This document shows, in pieces, positions 1 through 14,441 of a stretch of DNA of 64,000 bases. The translations under genes were made by a program, and so were the position numbers. The notes beneath the pieces were generated by a model, which was not told where the DNA came from, did no database searches, and saw nothing but the letters and a program-made list of their open reading frames with translations. Positions within the stretch are counted from its first letter, which is position 1, and every line of letters starts with the position of its first letter. This DNA comes from the human T2T-CHM13v2.0 reference genome, Homo sapiens. The DNA lies in NCBI RefSeq assembly GCF_009914755.1, contig NC_060947.1, one strand, 5' to 3'.

Positions 1-644
1 ATGGGGGACGGGGTGTAAGTAACAACAATGCCACCCTCTGGCGTTGATACAATGTTTGGAGCATCCATCATTTCTCCTTACTATTACAGAATAGCTGTGA
101 ACTCTCCAGTTTATACTTTTTTCTGTTGGTGTCTTGCTGACTTAGGGAGGCTTGGCAGAAAGTTTTGCAGAGCACCTGTTTTAAGCTAGTGGTTTTCACA
201 ACCTTGCATTCAACCATCCCAAAGCCAAAGTGAAATTAAATTAATTTGACCCTTAAAAATTACATTTGTAATAAGGAGAACTAAAGACCATAAAATGAAG
301 ATAGCACAACAAAACAGAAATCAAATTAAGAGGCTGTCCTGAAGACCTTTAAGGTGAGGAGGACGTTTTAAGCATTGGATGTTGTTAAATCATTCAGTTC
401 ATTTCACAGTGACTTGCTTTTGATGCAGCCTAGGATAAAATGTACTTCATTGATCTCGTGCATAATTAATATGATTCTGTAGTCTTCATCAGATAGGTCA
501 CCTGTGAATGTAAAGCAATTGTGTTTTTCCTGAATTTCTTCTCATAATAAATCCTCAAAACATAGATGAAGGGCCACAGATAAGTTTGTGAAGGACTGCA
601 ATTGTTGTCCTTTAGTGAACTTGACTTTACTATCTGCCATTTAT

Positions 645-870
645 TCACTAATGCATTTATTTATTTATTCATGCATTGATTCCTGTATCCATTCATTCAT
701 TCAATCAATATCTATTCATCTTTTTATTCAGGTGCTTGAGTGTCCATTACTATCAGGCACTGTGCTTAGGCACTGTGGATATGAAGACCAATCAGACAGG
801 TTCTGTCCTTAAGTTGCTCATAGTGAAGTTGGAAAACCTAGCACATTAACAAATAAACTACAGTGTAATA
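645..870 (-). mobile_element. L2 3' end fragment, probably resuming at ~1470-1590
   Basis: CATTCATTCATTCAA tail followed by typical L2 'tgagtgtccattactatcaggcactgtgcttaggcactg'. Confidence 0.7.
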
Positions 871-924
871 GATGTGGTACATAAATAGGATTTTCATTTT
901 TAAAGAGTACAATAATTTCCATTT

Positions 925-1445
925 TAAAAAGCTTATTATTAAAAATAAAATAGTGCATGCAATTAAATAAATCCAGGTAGTACAAAAAGCATTATGAAAA
1001 AGAAAATGAGACTACCACTCCAAATGCTCAGTTGCCCTCCTTAAAGGCAAATGCTATTTACAGTTTCTTATATTTCTTTCCAGAAATTTTCTTCACAGAT
1101 ATGTAAATGGTCACACATTGCACCCTTTTATCTACATCTTGCTTTTGTCACTGGCTATATTTTGGATATTTTTTTCCATATCAGTATTCACTCTTCATTG
1201 TCTTTAAAAACTAAGTGACATTTTATTGTATGGATGTAGCCACACTTACTTAACCAGCCTCCTCATGCGCATTTTGGTGGTTTCCAGGAAATTGCTATTG
1301 CAAAGCAAACAAAGAATATTCTAATTTTTAAAAAACTGTGTATTCATCATTGTGCACATAGCTTCCTAGTGGTGGAAGTTTTGTATCACAGGTTATGCCA
1401 ATTTAACAGTTTGAAAAATATTTCCCAAATGTCTTTTAAAAACAG
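925..1445 (-). mobile_element. Old L1 (L1ME-like) 3' UTR fragment
   Basis: Motifs 'tattgtatggatgtagccaca', 'ggtggtttccag', 'ttcctagtggtggaagtttt' resemble antisense L1M 3' ends. Confidence 0.6.
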
Positions 1446-1849
1446 TTTGTTTTAATTTTATTGTACTATGGTGAAAGCCTGGAAGTGGGAGACATTAATT
1501 CTGCTTGGAATAATAGGGCAGATTTTTCAAAGGACCGGAATTTCAGTAGGGTATTAAGGAATGAGTTTACCAGGTGGAGAAAATGCACATGGATGTACTA
1601 GGTTCAGGTAATTTTTTCATCTTGCCTAACACCTGTGGTCACCAATGGTCCAAGACCAATGCATGAAGGTGCTGGAATAGTATCCACTCACTATTCTAGA
1701 GTGTAGCCTTCTAGGATCCCAAGATAGAGTAGGGTTTTTTAAATTAGGGTAACAGTTGTGAATAAGTCCCGATTGGCAAAAATATTTCCTTACTGATTAA
1801 TTGTAACAGCTTTCTAACTAGTACTCTTGTCCCCTTTTCCCAGCCATTT

Positions 1850-2090
1850 TAAACATTGTTGTCTGAGCAACCTTTCAAATACAACTGGATCTTGCCTCCT
1901 GCTTAAAAATATCCAAAGCTTCCCTTCACCTATAGGAAAAATGTTAAACTTCTTAACAAAGTCAGTCATTATCTGGCTCCAACATGCCTTTCCAATCTCA
2001 CCTCATGCTTATACCTTTTAATTACCATGCTCCACATTAAGAGGAAACTTGTCATCCTTCTCTCAACACACTGTTTTATTGTACGAAGAG
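1850..2090 (+). mobile_element. L2 fragment
   Basis: 'ctcctgcttaaaaatatccaaagcttcccttcacctatagga' matches the recalled L2 core. Confidence 0.6.
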
Positions 2091-2412
2091 ACCACCATTT
2101 GTATTTGTGTTTGTGTGTGTGTCTGTGTGTGTGTGTTTGTGTGTTTGTCATAGAGTGTTTCTCTTGGCATTCTGCTACATGATTCCTAGTTAAAATGTAG
2201 GAGAGTTTCTCCAGGGAAGGAATATATCAAGGGGTGGAATCATTAGGTTGCAGGATATGTCCATCTTGGTAATGTCAAATTATTTCCCAGCGTTGGTATA
2301 ACAATATACATTCCCACAGTGGAAAGGAATTCCAGTTTCTCAACATCATCACTATTTTTGCTGGATTTTAAACTTTATTTCCATTTGGTTGATATAGAAA
2401 AAATATTTTATT

Positions 2413-2742
2413 AAGGAACCAAATAATGTATTTTGCAACAACTTGGAGCTGGAGGCTATGATTCTAAGTGAAGCAACTCAGGAATGGAAAAGCAAATATC
2501 ATATGTTCTCACTTATAAGTGGGTGCTAAACTATGAAGATGCAAAAGTATAAGAACGATATAATAATCTTTAGGGACTCGGGGGAAAGGTTGGGGGTGAG
2601 GGATAAAACACTACACACTGGGTACAGTGTACACTGCTCAGGTGATGGGTTCACTGAAATGTCAGAAAGCACTGCGAAAGAACTCATCCATGCAACCAAA
2701 AACCACCTGTACCCCAAAAACTATTGGAATATTTTTTAAAAA
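2413..2742 (+). mobile_element. 5'-truncated L1PB (L1PB3/4-like) 3' end inserted in an older antisense L1M
   Basis: 'ctaagtgaagcaactcaggaatggaaaa...tgttctcacttataagtggg...aaccacctgtaccccaaaaactattg' is the L1PB 3' terminus. Confidence 0.85.
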
Positions 2743-3149
2743 GTGGTAATCCAAAGAGTTTAGGATACATTTACATTAATTTTTCTGTAAACATTGAAGG
2801 TAATAAGAAGCATTAAATATATAGATTTATAATAAAGAGATATATGGTATCATAAAAAAACTGTATTTTATTGTGGTTTTATTCTGAATTTCTCAGTTAA
2901 ACATTTTCAGGATTATGGACGCTGTGCTTTCTGTTCTGTGAAATGCTTATTTTGTCCTTCAAATATTTATTTTAAAACTTGAGATTTTTGTCGGTTCTTT
3001 TTGAATCATAGTTCTTTATATATTTTGACTTCTGATTGTAGTCTGCTGGGATGACTGTGCTTCAATAAAATTTTATCTACGAGATTATTGTATTTACTTA
3101 ATCTTGAGAGGTTGGGAGGTGGTCAAACATAGAGATTTTTTTTTGATCC

Positions 3150-3301
3150 TTTTTTTTTACTTTTTATTTTTATTTTATATACATATATTTTTTACTATAC
3201 TTTAAGTTCTAGGGTACATGTGCACAACGTGCAGGTTTGTTACATATGTATACATGTGCCATGTTGGTGTGCTGCACCCATTAACTTGTCATTTACATTA
3301 A
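3150..3301 (-). mobile_element. Very short L1PA (about L1PA4) 3' end, inside a probable MER5-type remnant (~3095-3348)
   Basis: 'tatactttaagttctagggtacatgtgcacaacgtgcaggtttgttacatatgtatacatgtgccatgttggtgtgctgcacccattaac' with a T-rich tail. Confidence 0.9.
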
Positions 3302-3629
3302 CACGTTCAGGGAATTTTTTTATGCACTCCGAGTTGAGAAACACGGCTAGATGTATTCAAAGAAAATTGTTAAATTTAAGACTCTGAGTTCTCTACCTTT
3401 AATGCCTTTAAATAAAATTTTTATCATTTTACACACTAAGGACATGTATATATTTGTTATCTTTGTTCCTAGGCTTTAGTAATGTTATTGAAAATGAAAA
3501 TAGTATCTTTCAAAATGGCATTTTCTATTTGTTGATAATGTATATAAATGCAATAGAATTTTTTACAGCGATCTTATATCTGGTTTCTTGCTAGAAATTT
3601 CTATACATTTTTCTTTTGCCATAGCATTT

Positions 3630-5370
<1,741 letters not shown>

Positions 5371-5614
5371 TGCATATATTAACAATTTTTCAGCTTATTC
5401 TTTTGAATATTTTGAGTTTTCTATACGGACAGTCATGTTGTCAAGCAATAACAAGAGTTTGTTTCTCCTCTTTTAACTTTATATGTTCTTTCTATATGTT
5501 TTCTACATACACTGGCTAGGACCTCCAGTATTTTGTTGGATTGATGTGAGAGGATGCATCCTATGTTATTCCTGAATACTTTTAACATTTCACCATTGAA
5601 TATATTTAAATTAG

Positions 5615-6220
5615 GTTTAAAAATACAATATAGCTATACAATTCATATGCCATAAAACTCACCATTTTAAAGTGTACAATTCAACAATTTCTAGCATATT
5701 CATAAAGTTGTGCAACCATCATCACAATCTAATTCAAGAATATTTTTGTCACCCCCAAAATAAACTATTTACCCATTAGCACTCACTACTCATTTTCCCC
5801 ATTCTTATCCCCTGGCAACCAGTAATCTACTTTCTGTCTGTATAGATTTGTCTATTCTGGACATCCCATACAAATTGAATCACACAATAGCCAGAGGCCT
5901 TTTGTGTCTGGCTTCTTTCACGTAGCATAAGGTTTTCAAGATTCATCCATGTTGTAGGAACTATCAGTACTTCATTAGTTTTTATTGCTGAATAATACTT
6001 GGTTGTATGAATATACCACTTTAAAAAATAAATTCAACAGTTGATGGCCAATTTGGTTGTTTCTACTTTTTGGCTATTTTGAAAAATACTGCTTTAAATA
6101 TTCTCATAGAAATTTTGTGTTTTCAATTTTTTCAGTTGTATATCTAGGTCACATGACAACTCGATATTTAACATTTTGAGGAACTGCCAAACTGTTTTCC
6201 AAAGCAGCTGCACTGTAGTT
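5615..6220 (-). mobile_element. L1MB-like 3' end nested in older L1M sequence (~5370-6900)
   Basis: 'ccattttaaagtgtacaattca...gttgtgcaaccatcatcacaatctaattcaagaatattttt'. Confidence 0.8.
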
Positions 6221-8111
6221 TTGTAAGTAGCTTTTACTAAGTTAAATAAGTTTCTTTCCACTTCTAGTTTTGCTCATTAATATTAAAATTACGAATGCAT
6301 GTTGGATTTTACCACTTTTCCGTGTTTATGGCATAATCATATGTGTTTTTTTCTCCTCAATTTTTTAATGTGGTAAATTTCATCAGCAGATTTCTTATAC
6401 TGAATCAAGCCATCATTCCTGGGATAAATACAACTAGACTATTATGGTTTGACATATTTATGCATGTCCAAAATTCAGTTTGTAAATATCTTAGTTGGAA
6501 TTTTTACATTAATGTTAATGAATAAGGTATCCTATACCTTCTCATTTCATTTTTTTCTTGTGTTGGTAATAAAGTTATACTAGCTTCAAAAATTAGTTTG
6601 AAATATTTCTTCTTTTTCTATTCCTTTAAAGGTTAGACTATCCTATTTTTTGATATTTGATATAACACATTCTTAAAACTGCCTGGGTTTAATAGTTTTT
6701 CTGTGTAGAAATTTTAAATACCAATTTAATTCCATTAATAATTTTAGAAGACAAATAAGATGTATTTTCTTGCATCAGTTTCATTTGATTTCTTTCTTCC
6801 ATTTCAAATGTTTTCAAAATTATTAGGATAATATAATTCATGATATTTTTCGTTTATCTTTTAATATCTGCTGGATTCATATTTATGTCTCTTCTTATTT
6901 TCTAATAATATATCTCTGATCCAGGAATACTTGTTTCCAGTGTACATCTAGGTAAAGCTCTGTCCTAGACTGCAGTTATGTTGGAAATTGAGGAAGAAGT
7001 GAATTATTAGAAAGTCTGGTGCAACCTCACTCTCTTCTGATTCCAAAAATAAATTATTTTTGTTTAAATAAGTGATGTAAAGATACATAATTTTAAATGT
7101 TCTAATTTCTTACTATCTTTGCCCTAGGTTTAACCACTGTTAATAATATGCAATATATTCTTCCCAAATATTATTTGTGTATTTATTTCTCTAGAAATAT
7201 AGCATAGCGAATACACTCTTGGAAAACTTTTCTTATATAATACATCTTAGACATCTTTTTATGTTCTAAATTATATAATTTAAGACTATTTGTGATACAT
7301 TGCACATTAGAAGGCCAATCTATTTTCATTTCCACTATAAATCTCTCTTGAATACTCCAGCTCACGGTTACCTCTTGCTTCTTTGACATCCTTTAACATT
7401 GGTCTTATTATTAAATCCCTCTACAATTTAGCATTTGACTGACATACCAGTTTCTATTTTACTTGACACATTGGTCTCTTATTATTTCATATAAACTATT
7501 CTTGTTTTCTTAATAAGACCAAGTATTTTTTTTTAAATCTTATCATTATACTATGAACACAGGGGGTGCTCACTTACTTGTTAACTTCATTTTATCTTAT
7601 AAAGGTGGGCTTCTTGAATTCAGCAGGCAAAGGCATACAAGTGATGTACGCATCAACCTCTCTTTAACCAGAGGATAGCTTTTAACCATGTTTTGCTCAC
7701 TTTCCACAAGCTGCCAGCACATTGTCCAATTTCAATTAATGCTAACCAAGAAAAACTGAGCTATATTAAGCATTGTCCTGCAGTTCATTTCATCTGCAGA
7801 TGTCAGTATTTATTCTAATCAAAGCTTTCTCTGGCCTACAGTTGATTGTCATAAAGACATTCAGCTGTTCATCTGTCCCCTTATTTTAGGCCAAATGTGT
7901 TCTCAGGCAGAGGCGGAGCCAAGGAAAGGACAAATTTGATATTACTAAACATTGTATTTGTTTGTTAACAAACAGAAGTATTCTTACACCCAATTTTTTA
8001 AAAAACTTTTTTCATAGTTGATGAACTTGTGCTATAGATAGATGATAGACATATGAATAGATACATACATACATAATTAAAACATACATACATTAAAAGA
8101 TGGATATTATA

Positions 8112-8414
<303 letters not shown>

Positions 8415-9595
8415 TTATATTATTATACTTAATGTTGGTAACTGCCACTCACACCTTTTTTTGACATCCTCTGGAAGTAGTCTTCTTTCTGCACTTATAA
8501 GAATGCCCTAAAGCTTGAAGTATCCTGTTTGGAAGAATGCTTCTTCATTGTTTCCCTACCTGTGGGCTACTAAACTGCCTGTGTCTTATTAACGTCTTTG
8601 TGATTTCATTATCCTTTGAAAAGCTCCATAGTAAAATATCTCTCCTGTTGGTGAGAAGCAAATATTTTCTGTCACAAGAACTGGGTTCCGAATGTGCCAT
8701 CTTCCCAGCTGGAATGCCAAATGTATCTATGGCTTCCTCTCCGATTATGTATACAGAGCCCTAACAGGATTGTGTCCAGATTGTTTTTGCTGGGGTGAAG
8801 AGTGAATATCTTCTAGGGAAAGGATTTACAGTTTGATATAGCCAGGAACCTTCATGGTAAACTATGTATTCCATCATTTCTAGGTGAAAGCTTTGAAACC
8901 AAACCCCTCATACAGAGCAGTGTTTAGAATAAATACCAATAAATGTTGATTCTTAAGTTCCTCTGGCTAGTTAAGGTATACATTACCATAGTGAAATGCT
9001 AAAGTAAATCTTAGTATCTGAAACCCTTCAGGTGAGGCTCCCTTCATCAAGCATCTGCAATTCTACTTTAGAAATGTCAAACATTTTAAAAACAGATCAT
9101 AGCCTGGTCTACATGGCACCTGTTTCTTATAGGTTCTAAAATGAAATCATTTAAGTCAGCAGTACCTTCTCTGGTAGTCTTGTTTTTGGAAAATAATGAA
9201 GAGAAGATGCACCCATTGCATACATTAGAGGGATATGATGCTTTTTGTTTAAAGAAAACATAAAGAATACTGAAATTATGGCGAAAGTGAAATAACTTTA
9301 TTTTTTAAGTTTTCAAAGATTTATATTTTTTTCTTAAAACAGCTAAGGGGCAATACTTGTGCTTAAAAAAGGAAAAATAAATATGATGATGACTTCTCAT
9401 TAAGCATGGAAGATTGAAGGTGTGCACTGAAGGTGTACCTTTGGTCCCTTCAATAATTCTTTGAAAAATCATGAAAATTAGATAAAAATCATGTGATTGA
9501 AAAAAATGGAAGAAAAAAAACAGATGAGGCATGCAAATAAGATGGGAGGGTAGTGACAGTAGAACTTAGAAAGTTGAAAGCTAAACGCCTGAGAG

Positions 9596-10264
9596 TGTTC
9601 CTGGATCAAACCAAGAGTCGGGCTGCTTATTCGCAGGGCCCAATAACGAGATGCAGATGAACTGGGAAATAAGATAATTTATTTCTGTAACTGGGTACAG
9701 GGAGAAGGCCAGGAAAATATCACCAGATCAACTCAAAATTAAAAAGTTTGTCAGAGCTTATATACCTTCTAAGCCATACGACTATGTGTAAGTGTGCATT
9801 CATCTAAGGACATAGGTGATTAACTTCTTCTAATCTATAACTAATGTCAGAGTCTTGAAGACCTTCCTCTGGAGCCTCAGTAAATTTACTAAATCTAAAT
9901 GGGTCCAGGTGCTGGGGTGATTACATTTATCTTGTCTCCTGCTAAATCATGGAGGCTTGGGGAGTTCCTTTAGACCCCCAATAAAACTTGCTTGTGGAAG
10001 GCTGGAGAGTTTTTTCAGACCCCCAATAAAACTTGCTTAATCCTTAACGGGTCCTGTTAAGAATTCCTTCGTTATCTTTTCATGCTTCAAGGCCCAGGAA
10101 AGTCCTAGGCAAAACTCGTGGTGGGCTTTTCTTACATTCCAGCCTTGATATAAAGGCACTGTCTGTATCAGCTTTTAATATTTAACTTAACCATCCAATC
10201 AGTGCTGAACCAGTTTTCATAGAGGCCTGCCTGTTCAGCTGTTAGTGAGACCTGGCCTGCCACA
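9596..10264 (-). mobile_element. PABL-type ERV1 solo LTR (pseudoautosomal-boundary-like repeat)
   Basis: Minus strand begins TGTGGCAGGCCAGGTCTCACTAAC and ends GGAACA; 669 bp; flanks GAGAG/TAGAG. Family name recalled. Confidence 0.8.
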
Positions 10265-10481
10265 TAGAGGAATATGAGAATGAGATGGAGGATAACAATG
10301 AAGCAAGCACATGTTTGTTTCTAGGACCTAGAGAATTGTCAGAAATAACAACTACCAAGTAGCTCTAAAAGTCTGGATGTGGGCATGGTTGAAGAAAACA
10401 AACACACAAACAAGAAGATTGTTTAACAGTCTGTGTAGGAGTAGTTAGACCTCCAGATGCACTATAAAATGGCAGAGATTA

Positions 10482-10811
<330 letters not shown>

Positions 10812-11173
10812 TTACTGCACAATTTAGAATGAGGATTTCACAACTAAAACTAAGATATGATCTGAGAATCTACATGCTGAGTGATAAAATACTCTCAGCT
10901 CTTTCTGTCTTTCAATTTCTAGAGCACTGGCAATCAAGATTAAAAATCCCAGGAAAGTGATTGGTGGATACATTTCTACCTGGGAAGATTGGCTAACCTA
11001 GAAAAGATAATGCACATGCAGAGATGGTAATCAGCAATTCAACCTCACCCCTGAATATGAAGAAACAACCAAGAATAAGTTTGTGAAAAACTTCTAAAAC
11101 GAAAAATAGACCAAAATAGACAAAAAGGGAAATTTAGAGGAAACAGAGACAGTACAAGGAGCAAGAGAGAATG

Positions 11174-11224
11174 TCATCATCATCATCATCATCATCTTCA
11201 TCATGGTCATCATGATCACATCAT
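11174..11224 (+). repeat. (CAT)n microsatellite
   Basis: tcatcatcatcatcatcatc seen directly. Confidence 0.9.
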
Positions 11225-12739
11225 AATAAAATAGATCAATAGAATGTTTCAAAGAATAAGTTGATAAAACTACACAGAAAATAGATAAAATATCTAACCT
11301 GGAAACAATAGAAGAGTTAACAAAGCAAATCAGTTCAGAAGGTCCTACTCCATCAGAATATATTTTCTGGAAAAGCATGACAATAAATCACAGAGGAGGA
11401 AATTATCAATAAAATCATAAAATCGAATGTCTCATAAATGAAGGACTTGAGCTTCCCAAATGAAGAAAACCTACACAGTGTCACATTATTGTGAAATTTC
11501 AGAGAACTGGGGCAAAAAGGAGATTCTAAAAGCTTCCCTAGAGAAAATAAAACAAACAAACCAAGTGTCATACAAAGGATCAAAAACAACAATGACATTT
11601 GATTTATCAACAGGAACACTGGAAGGTAGACGGTATTTGAAAACTACCTTCAAAATTCAAAGAAATAATTGAATAATTGTTTGCAACCTAAAAATTTATA
11701 TCTAGCTAAAGAATAAAAAAATGAAAGTAAATGCCTTTTCAGACATGAAAAATCTAAAAAAAAAATGCAGGTTCTCTCAAGGAGCTACTTGAATATGTAT
11801 TCCATGGAATCGAGAGAGAATGCAGATCCAGGAAATAGAGGAATGAGGCAAACACAAGCCTAAAAATGATGCTTAAGAAAATTTCTTATGTCTCAAACTA
11901 AAAAGTCAGGACATAATATGTAAAACTAAAAACTAAGAAATAAAAATATAAGTATGTTATTTCAAAGTAACAAAATAAATATCAAAAGAAATAACTAAAA
12001 GAGTTGAAAGCAATTAGCCTGGGGAATTGTACTGAGCATTGAGATAGGGTACAGAAGTAGACTACTGCTTTTCTTTCTTTGACTTTTAAAGCAGTGGTCA
12101 TGTGTTATTCATAAAAATAAAAACTACATAAAAAGAAATATGATGACTTCAAAGGGATTTACTTTTGAATCTCAACACCAACTTATCCCAGTTTTAAGGT
12201 AACTATACCATTGGTATGAAGAAGCTAGTCACCTTTTACTAAGATAATATAAACTGTTGCAGAATAATCTAGCAAGGTTTTAAAATATTTTGCTCACTAA
12301 AGTGAGACTTTAAGCTAGTAAAATACCAGTGATAGAGAAGGCTGTTAAATAATTTTGAATTGCCAAAGTAAACACTGGACTTTTAGCTTCAGCAATGTCC
12401 TTTTGAGGAATTTTTCTATTGTGGCACCCATAAAACTCACTGCTCTTTGTTGGCCCAAGTAGATGGGTGACACCTCTATTATCTAAAATTCTTACCACTC
12501 TTCCTATGAAGAACACTAGTCTAATAAAAAATACTAACTATAAACCAGCTTTCATTAAACTATTACACAGAGAGAAGAGTTGGGATTTCATGTGTGATAA
12601 TTTGGGTACTTCATGTGTATATCCTGTGGGAGAGGATGGTATAAAAAACAGCCTAGAGTGAGGAAACTCTGGCATCCTTTGGGGGCCATTGTAGTGCTCC
12701 ATATTCATTTTAGCAAGATTCCTTTTGCAGTGTTTCAGC

Positions 12740-12995
12740 AGTAAGTGTAGTAGACAAAGCACAAGCTTTGGTATCATACTAGACCTTGGATTCAATCCAA
12801 CTTGGTCATGAAAAAAACTACGATCTTGGGTAAATCATTTAACCTAAGCTTCAGTGTCATCCATATAATGTGGGATAAAAGCCTGTGGGAGGGAATAATA
12901 CCTACATTAGAGTTAATGTGAGTATTAAATGAGATAACATATGCAAGGTGCTCAATATACTACACATTAGAGACCACCCAATGTTATATCATAGT
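12740..12995 (+). mobile_element. MIR
   Basis: 'atcttgggtaaatcatttaacct...gtgagtattaaatgagataacatatgcaaggtgctc'. Confidence 0.8.
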
Positions 12996-13673
12996 TACTT
13001 CTTAAAATCACTCCAATTTGAATTTTATTCTTATGAATGAATTATTCACTATGTTGTTTCAGCCTCTAGTTACTACAGGAATGGTATTTTCTAAATCTTA
13101 TTTCTCTCCTTTAACAGTTTAGGGAAATGCTGTTGATACTTACTATAGTGTATTTAAATAGCTTCCATCATAGTGATTGAAATCCTCAAGTGTTTAACAT
13201 TACCAAAGAGTATATCAGAGAATAAATATATAGCATTGCATGTGCAGCATATCATGACATGTATCCATTATTTTTAGGAACCTAAAAAATGACTTTTAGG
13301 GACTGTAATCTTAGGCTGCTGCTTTTTCCCTAAATTTGGCCTAGATTTCAAAGTGAGTCATAGTACCTGAAATCCTCCAGGTGAGAGTCCTTTCATCAAG
13401 TGTCTCCAATCTTACCATAGAACTGTGAAACATTTAAAAAATCATTATGTCTAGAGTTGTTAGGCCTTTTATAAGAATTCTGGAGAATAATGTAGATATA
13501 ATATAAAAGCCATGCATTCACAAAACCTTGCTTTCATCCACATATAACATTAGATATTTTTCTATGTAGACAGGGACTCTTCTATGTTTTCTTGTTTCTA
13601 CCTTATAATCCCCTCTCTGATGCATTTAATCTCTCTCCTCCCCTCTTTTGTATATGAAATTTGCATTTGCTGA

Positions 13674-14441
13674 TGAAATAGGCAATTTTTCCTGACCCCT
13701 TCATGGTCCTCATGACAAGGGTGCCTTGCTTACTCAGCCCATAGATCTTAACCCCTCGTGGGAGGGGGAGCACGCAGGTGAGCAGGTGCAGGAGCCGATA
13801 CGAGTACTTCTGGGTGCTGGTAGGAGCAGAACTCCATGCAGCCCCACAGTAGTGTCTATGGCAGGGTACCCACGGTCCCTGGAGCCCCAGATGGCATGTG
13901 TTACTCTTTTAGCTTTGCCATCTGTGATTAGCTTAAGTGTTAAACAGCTCAAGCATCTACACCCATGGCTCCCAAGCTCTTGTTCCTCGTCCAGGAAGAA
14001 TCAGGTCACACTAAGGAATTGGAGGGTGATGAATATGGAGATTTTTGGTGCCAATTAAAGTGGCTTTCAGTGGGAAGGGGAGCTAGAAAGGGGATGGAGT
14101 TGGAAAGTGGTCTTCCCCTGGAATCTGGCCATCCCCAGCCAGGCTCTTCTCCGAAGACCCACCGTCAAGCCATCCCTCTGAAGTCAAGCTGCTTCCCTCT
14201 GACGTCCAGCTGCTTCTTACCTTCTCTCCTTCTCTGCTGCTCCTCTGTCAGCGTAGTCTGGGGTTTTTATGGGTACAGGATGGGGGGCGGAGTGGGCCAG
14301 GGTGGTTTTGGAAAAGGCAACATTCAAGTGGGAAAATGGGGATGTTCTCACTTTGGGCAGTTTTTCTAGGCTTGATGGTGGGGCTTTGCCAGGGACCCCA
14401 CCTTTTTCCGCCTAGAATTTCTCTGCCTCCTGTCCCTATCA
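13674..14441 (-). mobile_element. ERV1 solo LTR of the LTR1/LTR27/LTR28/MER52 clade
   Basis: Minus strand starts TGATAGGGACAGGAGGCAGAGAAATTCTAGG and ends TTTCA; flanks CTGA/CTAA; GC-rich block in AT-rich DNA. Confidence 0.8.

Noticed and set aside
339-375. Possible third copy of the 92-bp repeat (CTGAAGACCTTTAAGGTGAGG)
   Set aside because: Similarity covers only ~20 bp with a gap and does not extend; compatible with chance.
9015-9060. TGATGA...CTGA on the minus strand as a C/D snoRNA, hammerhead or SECIS
   Set aside because: The boxes are too close together, the second copy has CTGG instead of CTGA, and I see no CUGAUGA/GAAA core or supporting stems.
9950-10040. Direct repeat AGACCCCCAATAAAACTTGCTT inside the LTR
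   Set aside because: As recalled, it is part of the PABL consensus and not specific to this locus.
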